Assembly: GCA_034780895.1 (NCBI GenBank)
Contig: JAUZTB010000107.1
Coordinates: 21,721,843 to 21,785,842 of the forward strand
DNA from: Rhynchobatus australiae
Lineage: Eukaryota
Direction: 5' to 3'
DNA: 64,000 nt
Below are positions 26,890 to 39,166 of the stretch, in pieces. Made by a program: the position numbers and the translations under genes. Under the pieces are notes generated by a model. It worked only from the letters and a program-made list of their open reading frames with translations. It had not been told where the DNA came from and made no database searches. Numbering within the stretch: the stretch's first letter is position 1; each line of letters begins with the position of its first letter.

Positions 26890-27485
26890 GGCCCTTAGAT
26901 AAAGAGGCAGCTCATGTTGCCAGGCCCAGGTGACATTTAAGCTTGAGGTGAAAAATGGCAAGTAACATTTTTTACACCCAAGTTTTAGGGTTGAGTCATT
27001 CTCCTTTGAAATTCAATGGCAGTAACGTTGCTGAATTTGTCAGCATTGACATCATGTAGGGTCACAATTGATCATAAACCTTATGAGAATAGCCACATAT
27101 TTACACTCACCATTAGGGAAAATCCTAGGCTGGGTAATGAATGAAAAGGAACTTAACTTCTGACTTCACAAAATCTTTCTGCTATCTACAAGGCATCAGT
27201 CAGGACTGTGATAAATATTCTCCACTCGCCTGCACAAGTCTAGCTCTGACATCACTCATGTCAGAGTAATGGAGCTATTAGGAATCTACATTAACCACCT
27301 AGAACCTTAACTTCCTTTGCCACAGGTACACTGTGACTGCAGCATATGGAAGTAAACCATGAAGACTTTTTCAAAACCACCTAGAAGTCCCAAAACTTCT
27401 ACTACCTAGAAAGACAGACAGTAAATGCCTGAGTATATCACCAATTGCATTTCCAAGTTACACACTTTTGACCTGGAAATATATG
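26890..27485 (+). mobile_element. Decayed CR1/L2-like LINE (second family), 3' part
   Basis: Homologous to 47130-47600 and 60260-61260 (aaaatggcaagtaacatt; atctacaaggcatcagtcaggactgtgat...tctccactcgcctg). Confidence 0.55.
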
Positions 27486-28623
27486 TGCTTTTGGGAGGAC
27501 ATTCACCAAAAATAATCACAGGGTCAAGAAGACAGTCCTTAATATTTCAAATGGTTGCTGTTAATCTCAAGAGTAATTAGCAGCAATCATTAAAAGATGA
27601 ACTAAGCATAACATCTAAAGCCCATGAGTGAAAAAAAATAGTGCCACTGTTATCATTATACTTACTATGACTGATTTGGAGGTACATGCCAGCTTTCAGT
27701 AGAGCAATCCCATTCCCCTTCCTTATTTTCCTGTAGCTGTGCAACTTATTCTCTCTCACATGCCTAAGAAGTCCCCACAGTAAGGGGTAATTTGCAGTAA
27801 CCAATTAAACTCCTAGCACCTCTTTCTGATGTGGGAGGAAACTGGAGCTTCTGGCAGAAACCCACAGATTCACAAGGAGAACTCCACACAGATCGCACCT
27901 TTAGCATTGTACTTTTCATAACCCAGAAGAAGCCCATTTAACACACACATTCTATGCCAGTTACCAACAAGGCATTCTCATTCACCTACTTATTTCCCTG
28001 TAACTTTCTCTCTCCCCTGCCCATCAATTTCCCCTAACTCTCACCCCCAATTTTCCTGCTACCCAACTCGACGACAGGTAATTTACAGTAGCCATTTATA
28101 TCAACCAGCACATCCCTGGTACGGAAAGGAGGAGTTCCAGCATAAATGGCCTGGCTTTGGACTGCAACTTTTTGCTTTGGACTGCAACTTTTCGCTGTGA
28201 ACTGCAACCATCTGGGCGAGCAAGGGCAGTCGTGACAATGATGGGATCATGTATAATCTCATCCTCAGAGGACACCAATTTAAGCTTCATGAAACCCTCT
28301 CCACTCAATCAGAATTGCACTAAAGCAATCCTAGTAATCTGCTGGAGAGCAGAATGCTGGAATTCAATCAAATTCTTATACCCTTTGAGCACTGGTATGA
28401 TGGCAGTAGCTGAGCTTGCATCGCAACAAGCTGTTTTTGCATGGCAGGAGAAACAGCTTCCACTGCAGCACTCAAACACGAGGTGCCATCTGTCTTAATT
28501 GCAATGGATAATAAACCCTCAGCCATTCAACACTGTGTGAAGGTTGGATTCGCAAGTGTTGAGAATGAAGCTGGGAACCATTGCCATACTGAAAAAGATG
28601 AGCTCTGGGCTCACATTAAACCT

Positions 28624-28727
28624 TCAGCAAAATTGGACCTCAATACCCTGACTAACATACACCCTCACACCATACGCCAACACACCATACACCTTCTTAA
28701 CAAACCTATCAACATATGTGGCAGTCT
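28624..28727 (-). mobile_element. CR1 fragment adjoining a gap
   Basis: VDRFVKKVYGVLA...SQGIE matches the CR1 ORF2 C-terminal region at 12740-12810. Confidence 0.65.
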
Positions 28728-30421
28728 NNNNNNNNNNNNNNNNNNNNNNNNNNNNNNNNNNNNNNNNNNNNNNNNNNNNNNNNNNNNNNNNNNNNNNNNN
28801 NNNNNNNNNNNNNNNNNNNNNNNNNNNTGTTCCTTGACATTTCATGTTGGTTTTCGAGAGGCTCACATTTTGCATTCAAACCAAACATCAACTGAGTCAA
28901 ATTTGCATGTGATCTCACACTCAGTATCTGGCACTTACCTTGCCTATAACCATAGCACCAACTTTTGCGTACTTCTGCCAGGTAACTCACCATGTGCAGA
29001 TCCTGTGTTAAGTTACTCCCTATGGTACAGAGAACCAGTACCTGAATTGGTTGCTTCAACTCCATTAACAGCCAGCACTCTCTTCTGAGTGATGCATTGT
29101 CTGCACACCACACCCAGACTATGGATGTTTCAGTGTGAATCAAGACTTTTTTAGCCACCTCCTGCCATTGTCACTGCATAACAGATCTGATGGCTTCCTG
29201 CGTAACAGTAGGCCATCTCATCTGTACTATGACATTGTTTTCCACTAACTTCTCATAAGTAGCTGCGGGCAATGGGTACATCCTCTTCAAGAGGTGAAGG
29301 CATAGCTTCAAGCATCTCTGGTTAGCTTCAATGGATGCTAGCTGCGCACTAAACTAGAACGTGGATATGCGCCAAAGCAATAAGCAGCTTTGTTAGCACT
29401 GACTGGATGCCACAATCATGATTATGAAATGGGAACATGAATCTAGAGGTGAAATTAGTACAAGAGAAAACTAGCCATTTTTTGTTTTACTGTGTTTTGA
29501 CGTTGAGCTGAAATGCACATAGCTGTGGCAGTACAGGTCTTCCGGTGTAATCGACTTTCTGGTGTGGTTTAAGATCAGTTCCTTGGCTTAAAAACAGTAA
29601 ATTCATAAGAAAAAGTTAAAAAATGCTCAGGATTCCTTGAAGTAACTCATATGCTAACATTCTTCTTTTTGTTAATGCTTTGTGAAAATGCACGTGAATA
29701 AAATGCTGCATAGTCAGAATCAATTGCCAATAGACTATTTTCTGAGTATTGTAAAAATATCCAAAAAGAAGCAAGAAATATTACGAACGCTTTTTAAAAA
29801 AAGCTGACTTTGATTTGTTAGGACTTGGTTAAATTCATTTTTGATGAATGTGCAGCATCCCACAGATGCAAGAATTAAATTCCAAGTCAGTGGATATAAT
29901 GAGGTTAAGATTTCAAAAGTATTAAAACAGCAACAAAGGAAGTAGAGTTCACTGTCTAGAAGAATGTACGTAATGGCAATTAATGATAATATGTAAATAT
30001 ATAACATTTATAATTAATAAAGATATTCTGAGACAAATCACAAATAAAAATACGAGGCCACCAAACCATGGATGAAAATATTAGGTGACTAAAAACTTGA
30101 TTAAAAAGATGTACTTTCAGGTTTTTAAAAAGAGGGGGGAAACGGAGAAGGAAAGTAATTTACTTCTATCCTCACTGTGTAAATATAAATATTGTGTGAA
30201 CATAAAATTAAAGAAACTGTCCTTATGATTTACTTTTCTATCAAAGCATTAGCATATTCTGTGGCTTCTTATTGTGTTGACTTTTCTCCTCTCCTATTAT
30301 CCGAGACAAAACATAACAACTNNNNNNNNNNNNNNNNNNNNNNNNNNNNNNNNNNNNNNNNNNNNNNNNNNNNNNNNNNNNNNNNNNNNNNNNNNNNNNN
30401 NNNNNNNNNNNNNNNNNNNNN

Positions 30422-30775
30422 AGTTTATAACATCATGAGGGGTGTGGATAAGGTGGACAGTCATAGTCTTTTCCCCAGTGTTGGGAGTCCAAAACCAGAG
30501 GGCACAGACACAAGAGGGAAGATATTTAAGAGACCCAAGAAATAACTTCTTTACACAGAGGGTCGTGAGTAACTGGAATGAGCTGCCAGAGGAAGTGGTT
30601 GAGGTGGGTACAATTGCAACATTTAAGAGGCATTTGGCTAGGTACATGGAGGGGAGGGGCTTGGAGGGTTATGGGCCAAACAAAGGCAACTGGGACTAGC
30701 AGGACGGATGCAGTGGCCAGTATGGACCAGTTGGGCCGAAGGGCCTGTTTCTGTGCTGTATTACTCCATGACTCA
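30422..30775 (+). mobile_element. CR1 3' end
   Basis: VYNIMRGVDKVDSHSLFP...FFTQRVVSNWNELPEEVVE and the tail gggccgaagggcctgtttctgtgctgta. Confidence 0.88.
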
Positions 30776-31949
30776 ATGAAGTATACAAAACAATTGCTCC
30801 TATCCATGAGAGGTATACATTGCAAAATGTATAAGATATTATTACTGTGGAATATACTGTACCAGTTGGGTCTCTGTACCTCACCAAATTCCAGAGTATC
30901 GTCTCCTATCAGATTCTCCTTTGGAGACGTATCAATGTTTTCTCAAATAATGTAACAGAATAGAATTCCTATAATTTCTAAGCTTTACAATAACAACTTG
31001 CATCATGTATATTTGAAAACACATGACACCATGAGATAGCATGTCAAAAAAAGGACATTGATCCATGAGTGAGGATAGGAGTGACCAAAAACCTGGTTTA
31101 AGGAGGATTTTACAGGAGGAAAGGAAAGCAGAAGATTCCAGTGAAAGGGATATGACAGCAGAAGACATAGTAGATATTTATGGAATGGAGAGGATCATGA
31201 CAGTAATAATTAGGAACATAAAATTTTGTGTGAGGCAATATGGCCAGAGAGTCAGAGACAAGGAGTCACAAAGTTAAGAAATAAGTAAAAGAATGTTTAC
31301 ATTTGAGGAACTGATCTAGAGGCACAGGAAACTGAGACAAGAAGACACGGCCTGGAGAAAGTCCATTTTGTATATTTTAAAAAAATCTAACATCAAGTAT
31401 GTAACTCAGCATATTTTATTTCCACTTCTATGCCACATTCTTGCTAGCATTTATCTATCAGTAAAGCATTTTTTGTATTTCTTGTAATGTATACTTCAAT
31501 TCTATAAGCAGTCTACACTATTCATTATAATACTTCAGTTTAACTTTTCTTTTTTTAAATGTTTCTCAATTTCTGAGATTTTGCCAGGATTTCCAAGTAG
31601 TTGGTATTGTCTTATCTTTCAAGTGACGTGGTCCTATGATTGGCATCACCTTTACATATTTGGGGGCTGCTCATCCTTAAACCTGTTTCAGGCTAGATAG
31701 TTTGGGGTTGGGTTCTGGTGGCAGGATACTCAGAAAATTAGAAAGTACAAGATTTCCAAATCTTGTAGGATACCAAAATTGGTTATGATAGCCAGAGTAT
31801 ATCATGAAAGGACAAATACATGTAATACCTCAGTGCGAGTCAGAGCAGGAAAATAGTAAGATGACAAAACTGAAGACTCTATTTGAAGAGTTTTCATGCA
31901 ACATTTATAGCAAGCTGAATGAATTAATGGGACAGAGGAATATATTTCC

Positions 31950-32430
31950 GAACAAAGGAGACACTTGAGAGAGAGCAACAAGGGTTCACTACATTAATTC
32001 TTTGGATTGAGATTTGTCCCAGGAGAAAAGACTAAGTTAACTGTGATACTTTAAATCTAGAAGAGTAGGTGATTTCATTGAAACATACAAAATTCTTATG
32101 GATCAAACTAGGGTAGATGCAGTGATATTGTTTTCTTGGCTGGAGTGTCAAAAACCAGAAGTCAGTCTCAAAATGAAATCAGCCATTTGGGATGGAGATG
32201 AAAGCAAATTTCTTCACCCAGCAGGTAGTGAACCTTTGGAATTCTCTACCCAAGACAACCATGGGGGCTTGGGCAAAGAATAAATCAAAGAAAGATTGAT
32301 AGACTTGTGAATATTGGAGGAATCAAGGGATATAGGGTTAATGTTGGAAATTAATACTGAGGTAAATATCAGCCATAGCAGAGAAGACACAAGGGGCCAA
32401 TAGCCGACTCCTGCTTTTTTTCTTATGTTC
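31950..32430 (+). mobile_element. CR1-type 3' end, decayed
   Basis: gatttcattgaaacatacaaaattctt...tttcttcacc...gtgaacctttggaattctctaccc followed by 3' UTR. Confidence 0.65.
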
Positions 32431-33299
32431 ATCTCTCCATATTAGAGGTTGCTGGCATTTGAAGGACCTCATCAGCAGATATTTTAAATGTGGCATTCAG
32501 CCAATTTTCTCCAATATTGCATATTCTGCAGTTGGATTAATTAACTTTTCCACATTTATAACTGTCAAAAGACTTTTTAGCTGCTTGAGATGCATTAATG
32601 GATAATTATTGCAAGTGCATCATCATTGGTTTGCATTGATGGTAATGAAACTGCATTCTCAGATGCTGCATGCTTTAAAGCACAACTTTTACCTTTTTGT
32701 TAATGAGTTTTTTGCAGAAAATCATAAGTTGAATCATTTCTTTGAAGGGGAAAATGGTATTTCTTACATGACACTAGCAGTGACTGAACTCTGGTTAAAA
32801 TTTAAAATATGGTATAAACTCACACTTGGCTTTAACTTCAAGTGTAACAGATTAATATTATTCCTTTCATTTCTTTACTGTTCTTCAAAACTGGAACCAA
32901 ATGAATGTTTCTAATTTAATATTTAGTCTCTTACTTAAGCTTCTTCATCTCAAGGTTATCCACCTGACAACCACAAGGGAGCATTACAATCCTAGAATCT
33001 TATGGAAACGGTGTCACCATTGAACTTTGATTTTTATTAAATGTGAACAGAAGCAAAGCATAATGTATGATTTACTTTAAAAAAATTCTTATTCCATAAT
33101 TCAAAATTACTAAGCAAATCTATTAGAATTTTTTATAAAAGTTGTAGTGAATATTATATGGCTTTTTTTGCCATGCAGTCACCAATGTTCAATAAAAGAT
33201 GCAATAGATTGAAGGAAAGGAAGTGGAGGTGGGCTTTAAGGATATTTCAGGTTTGTTTGTGGGGAAATAATATTAGTAGGTGTAATCATTAACCAATTG

Positions 33300-34050
33300 T
33301 GGACTAGCAAGGCCTTTGACAAGGTACCGCAATGGCAGGCTGGTCTGGAAGGTTAGAAAATTGGCTTGATGGTCAGAGACAGAGGGTGGTGGTGAAGGAT
33401 TCTTTCAGACTGGAGGCCTGTGACCTGCAAAGTGCCACAGGGATTGGTGCTGGCTCCACTGCTGTTTATCATTTACATTAATGATCTGGATGAGAATGTA
33501 GGTGGTGTGGTTAGTAAGCTTGCAGATGACACTAAAATTGATCCTATAGTGGGCAGTGAAGAAGGTTATCTAAGATTAGAGGGATCTTGGTCAACTAGGT
33601 CAGTGGGCTGAGAAATGGCAGATGGAGTTTAATTCAGATAAATGTGAGGCATTGCATTTTGATAAGGCAAAGAGGGACAGGACTTGCAAAGTAATTGATA
33701 GGGCCTTGGGGAGTGTTGTAGAACACAGACCAAAGACGCAGGTACATAGTTCCTTGAAAGTGGTGATACAGGTATACAGGGTGCTGAAGGTGTTTGGCAC
33801 ACCTGTCTTCATAACAGGGACAACTTTTTCCCCACAGAGGGTGTTCCACATATGGGATGAGCTGCCAGAGGAAGTGGTAGAGGCAGGTACAATTACATTT
33901 AAAAGACATTTGGACAGGTACATGGATAGGGAAGGTTTAGAGGGATATGGGCCAAATGCAGGCAAATGGGAGTAGCTCAGTTAGGCAACTTGATCTTCAT
34001 GGACAAGTTGTGCCAAAGAGCCTGTTTCCATGTGTATAACTCTATGACTC
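33300..34050 (+). mobile_element. CR1 RT-to-3' end fragment with internal deletions
   Basis: SKAFDKVP, VPQGLVLAPLLFIIYINDLDE..SKLADDTKI and MEFNSDKCE, then a jump to QRVFHIWDELPEEVVEAG and the tail. Confidence 0.88.
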
Positions 34051-34479
34051 TTATTTAATTGGTTTGTCATGACATCATTCATAGTAGGTCAAAAGTTACA
34101 ATCATACTTTTCTCATTCTCTTTGTCTCTGTTCTTTGGTGCTTGTCTCTGTTTTATCCCTTATTTCATCATTTTTCTCCTGTCTTGTCTAATTCCCTTCC
34201 TCTCTGGTGTAACATTGCTGGCAAGTGTGGATTTATCCTTGGAAGATACAGTTGGGATAATCCAGCCAATGTCGAGCCATTTTGGGATGTGACTCCTTAC
34301 TCTCCCAATGTTCCATTACCCCTTCCTTTCCTCATCTTTCATTCACTATTTCCTTGCCACCCATCAAGCTTCTCTTAACTGATTTCCTCATCCTATTCCA
34401 AACTAGGCTGGCTGGAAAGTCTTAAGTTAGGAAGTCTGTGATTTGTTTCTTAAAGCACTTACTGTGTTCTATATACACA

Positions 34480-34810
34480 TTCATTCATGGGATGTGGGTA
34501 TTGCTGGAGAAGCCAATATTTATTGCCCATATTTAATTGCACTTGAACTGGGTGGCCTGTTAAGCTATTTCAGAAAGCATGTTAGAGCCCGTCACAATTC
34601 CATGTCGAGATTCAAATGGCTGGAATAGGTGAGAATGGGAATTTTTTTTCCCCTCAAGAATGTCAGCAAATCAGATGCATTTTGTTAAAAATTTGTTAAT
34701 TTCACTGATCACCACTACTGATATAGGTTTTTATTTCAAGGTTACTTAAATAAATTTAAATTTCCTAGCTGCTATGGTGGAATGTAAATTCATAACTTTA
34801 GATCATTATT
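34480..34810 (-). mobile_element. tRNA-type SINE
   Basis: Reverse complement has ttccaccatagcagctaggaaatttaaatt and the tail caattaaatatgggcaataaatattggc. Same family as 39785-40060. Confidence 0.6.
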
Positions 34811-36254
34811 TCAGAAGCATACTACTATTCTATTCTACCATACAAGCAGAACACTAAGCATAGTAAGATCCAAATGGAAAGGGGTCCCAGCTCACTACTG
34901 TGCAACTGCAAACAGAAATCAGTGGGTAAATGGAGCACAAGGCTCCAGGATAACAAAAGAGACAGTAGAATAGCAGATGCCTTGGTTTGTAAGCAGCCTG
35001 GATGAGATGGAGAATGTGGAGTGAAGGGTGAGAACAAGGGAACTATGGTAGTTGAGGCTTAAGACAGTGTGGAAATGTTATGTGGTGTTAATGTACTGGG
35101 CTGGTGATTGGAATGGTAAATACAATACTAAGAGTGGAGTCCCTATTCAACATTCTTTTTAGAATTTGAAAACAAATATGTACAAACTTTGCCACTTGAA
35201 GCATCTGAATCTTCTCAACAGTGCACTGACTAGGCTAGAGAAGAACTGTAGTAATCTCCAAGTTAATTACACCACAATATCATTTACCTTCAAGCCCAAG
35301 AACAAGTCATGGGAGATTTAAGAAATGGAAGATAGTATATGACAGTGACATCTAATAGAAAAAGCATGATACAAAAGTGAACAATAACATTACTTCCATG
35401 GTGTTAATGTTACATAATAAAATTATACACAGATGAAAGATTGTTAATATCCAGCCAATCTCCTGTGGCATTGAAGTGAATAGCCACTGTAATCCTAAAA
35501 TGAAAAGTGGGTTACCAGTAAAATGAACTGAATCATGTATACAGACATGAATTAACTTCTTCATCCTCCATCCTTATTTCAAAATAATACTGTGAATTAC
35601 GGAGACCAGGAGATAGCAGTGGATGAAGAAAAAGGTAATAGAATGGTAAAAGAAAGATTTTCATGTTCTTGAGGTACTCTAAGTGTCACAATGTTGAGCA
35701 AGAGCAAGCTCACAGAGAACCCAAATGCAGCACACTGGTACAGGACTGGAGGCAGGATACTTCCTCAGGACCAAATACCAGCAGCAGCTGGAAGGAATCT
35801 TGCCTCAGAAATCTGAGTAGGAATCCCAACATGAACTGAATCTTCAAACAGGCATAAAGAACACAAAACTGCTCTAGAGTAGACCACTCTAAGCAGCCAG
35901 GAGCCAAAGTATATCCAAAGATTGATTAATACTCTGGCAACTAGTGCTAGAGAAACACAGGTACTTATGCTAGGCCCCTGATGGGGCTCAGGTGTGTGTC
36001 ATTANNNNNNNNNNNNNNNNNNNNNNNNNNNNNNNNNNNNNNNNNNNNNNNNNNNNNNNNNNNNNNNNNNNNNATTAAGCTGTATGACAGTGGCAAAAAC
36101 ATTAATTTGTACTTTAGGTGTATTGATGGATAAGTTCTTTTAAATAGTACCATTCATGAAGTAAATCAAAAGGCTACATTTTTATTTGTACAGTCAAGAT
36201 TAAACCTATAGATGCAGAATAAGTTACACTAGTATAGAATTTCATCAAAAACAT

Positions 36255-36430
36255 CTTTAATAACCTTATAACATCACAACACACTTCACAAATAAATTAT
36301 TGCTTTCAAGTGTAGTGACTATTGTAATGCATTTAGGGAGATGCAACAGGCAAATTGTGCACAGCAAGGTCTAAAAAACAGTAATGAGATAAATAGCTAA
36401 TCCAAGATGTTATTTGAGAAATAATGAAAC
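36255..36430 (-). mobile_element. Deu-domain SINE fragment
   Basis: Reverse complement reads ttatctcattactgtttt...cttgctgtgcacaatttgcctgttgcatctcc...attacaatagtcactacacttgaaa. Confidence 0.55.
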
Positions 36431-37740
36431 AAAGGGATAGAAATTATATACTATCAGCATCCTTACTCTGCAAGGATAAACATCAATTAAAATTTGCCTT
36501 GGGGTTCACCTATATTAGACTGGTGATCTGTGGACACCTATTTTGAAGTCTCAGGCAGATGGCTGGCCAAATAGTTATTAAGGTTAAGTGGTTGTGATGC
36601 TTACAGCCATCCCAGTTAAATCCCAGGANNNNNNNNNNNNNNNNNNNNNNNNNNNNNNNNNNNNNNNNNNNNNNNNNNNNNNNNNNNNNNNNNNNNNNNN
36701 NNNNNNNNNNNNNNNNNNNNNNNNNNNNGAAAACTGTTGGAGTATGTTAAAACTGTGGGGGTGAGTAATCATGATGCAATGCGGATACAGACTATCATTC
36801 AACAAACTTTAGACATCCAATTTATTTATTCAGAATACTCAATATCCGTTTTAGACATCCATTGGGATACTCAAATGGACAACATATATTTTGCAATGGA
36901 ATCACCACTTGATAATTTGCTAGGTTTAACAAAGTTGCGCCCAAAACAAGTGAAAATATTGACCACAGTAAAGGTCAATATTTTCAAGCCCAGGATGGAA
37001 AAAGCACCTGGAAATCATTATTGCTGATGTTCAGAAAAAGCTGGGTGCAGATGGGATTTAGATTGGTCTTCATCAGTAGGGCAAGGTTCGTTCAATGTAT
37101 AATATGACTTTAAAAGCTTTTAGTCTTACAATATATACTTAATCTCCGAATACGTAGGTGTGGTGTGGTGGACGTGTGGTAGAGCAAAGCTGACCATTTC
37201 CTTCTGGAAGTTAATGGCACTCTAGTCTCTGATGGTTCCAATTCAATTACACTGAAGAACCCTTTACCTGAAATGCTAATTTCATTTCCACAGGGATTCA
37301 TTCTGTTTCTTTTCCTGAATCATGTAATGATATAAGTATTACCGGAACGAATTGTTTCCTGTAGGGAGTGGTGAGGAGTGACGGCCTATTTTCCCACCCC
37401 CAATACCTGCTTTAAAGTATTACCGGGATGATTCTCCATCCTCTTCAGCCCCAAGGCCATTGTCTTTGAGCTTCTGCTTTGCCCGGGCGATCAGTGATGG
37501 GTGGGCCAAAGTGCTGTTATTTTTNNNNNNNNNNNNNNNNNNNNNNNNNNNNNNNNNNNNNNNNNNNNNNNNNNNNNNNNNNNNNNNNNNNNNNNNNNNN
37601 NNNNNNNNNNNNNNNNNNNNNNNNNNNNNNNNNNNNNNNNNNNNNNNNNNNNNNNNNNNNNNNNNNNNNNNNNNNNNNNNNNNNNNNNNNNNNNNNNNNN
37701 NNNNNNNNNNNNNNNNNNNNNNNNNNNNNNNNNNNNNNNN

Positions 37741-38092
37741 CCGCCGGCGGGTTGTTCGCACCATGTCAGAGTCACGCCGACAGCATCCGAGGCAGCAGTA
37801 GACGAGAGGCAGAGGGCGGGTGGGCCAGCAGGCGAGCCAGCGGGGCTGGGCTCCCGGAGACGGCGAGGCGGTGTCGAGTGGAGTCGCCGTATGGGCGACC
37901 ATAGACCAGGGGTAGCGATGAAATCAGTCAGCTGAAGCACAGCCGCGGCCCGGATGTTACAACGATGCTGGATGAAAAGCGGAGGGGAACGAAATAGACG
38001 CCGTATTTCACCACCATGGGGGTCGGGGGATGAAGATCCATCTCGCCATTTCGCTTATAGTCATTTTTTGATGTAAAATTAAGGCGGTGAGA
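37741..38092 (+). promoter_or_regulatory. CpG island / 5' UTR of CACNA1D
   Basis: Very GC- and CpG-rich stretch immediately upstream of the putative first coding exon. Its upstream part is lost in the N gap at 37525-37740. Confidence 0.7.
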
Positions 38093-38120
38093 ATGTATGA
38101 ATTAAGGGAACCCTACGAAG
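38093..38120 (+). CDS. CACNA1D: CACNA1D putative first coding exon (MYELREPYE + first base of G)
   Basis: ATG TAT GAA TTA AGG GAA CCC TAC GAA G|GTAAAT. The phase-1 donor matches the phase-1 acceptor of the next exon (G|GA = Gly). An in-frame TGA lies upstream at 38069, and the exon sits at the end of the CpG island. Confidence 0.65.
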
Positions 38121-38853
38121 GTAAATACCCTGAGGATTTAGCGATAACAGTCGCACAATCAAGGATGCTCGAGGTGTAATGACTTTGAAGGTTTTAATGA
38201 ATAAATCTGGCATTTACCCTAGGATTTTATTTTGATTCAGGAAACATCTTTGTTTCAACGGAGGAATAAAGTGTTTGATTATTTCGGATCAACATAATTT
38301 AGCTAAGCATCATTATAGGTTTTAGGCAGATGATATAATGTCCATAAATAAACAATATTTTGGGTTTCGGAACTTTGAAAATGTAGATCGAAGATGTTTA
38401 ACGTATAACGTATAGCACTGACCGGCGAAAACTCTGGTTCTGGAAATTGCAGACTTCAGTTAAATCAAATAAAATGCAATCCACTGAAGCATGCAGTGTG
38501 ACAGTTAATGTGGCAGAAAGATACATACGCAATCCTCTGTTTAAATAAATACACTTAATGTTTGTTTCAGATTGAAAGAGTGCATGAAACCCCACTGAAT
38601 TCGGCTGGCAGTGTATTTGCAACCTAGTAATAATCCCAGCTGTTGAGCTGTTATGGTTATTATTGCAGTTTTTGATGTGTTTCATTAATCTGACATATTT
38701 TACACACTGATGGTTTCTCCGTTGTATTTGCTCATGATTAAAAATGATTCATTATATAATTTTTAGAGTTGAAGTCCATTCTATCTCTTGGGCAGTTCGC
38801 ACTTAAATATAAAAGGCCTCTCATTTCTGATTACATATTTTTAAAAATCACAG

Positions 38854-39166
38854 GAGTAAATTATGTCAGCAACAGACTCGCATTACCTAGCGAGGGACCG
38901 GGTCTCGAGTCAAACTCCGAACCGTCAAGACCAGCAGCATTATCCTGGCAAGCTGCGATTGAGGCGGCCAGGCAAGCTAAAGCTGCCGCAACCATGAACT
39001 CCACCACGGAATCCAGCAGCGCAGCAGCCCAAAGAAAACGCCAGCAATTCGCCAAGAGCAAGAAACAGCAAGGCAGTACCGTGAATAACAGGCCGGCCCG
39101 TGCCCTCTTCTGCTTAAATCTCAACAATCCCATTAGAAGGGCCTGTATTAGTATAGTAGAATGGAA
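38854..39166 (+). CDS. CACNA1D: L-type Ca2+ channel alpha1 (Cav1.3) exon 2, cytoplasmic N-terminus
   Basis: After acAG it reads (G)VNYVSNRL...[19 protein letters not shown]...[13 protein letters not shown]...[25 protein letters not shown](K). AKAA, AKSKKQ and RPARALFCL are Cav1.3-type rather than Cav1.2-type (AKLM, GKPKKQ, RPPRALLCL). Confidence 0.95.
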
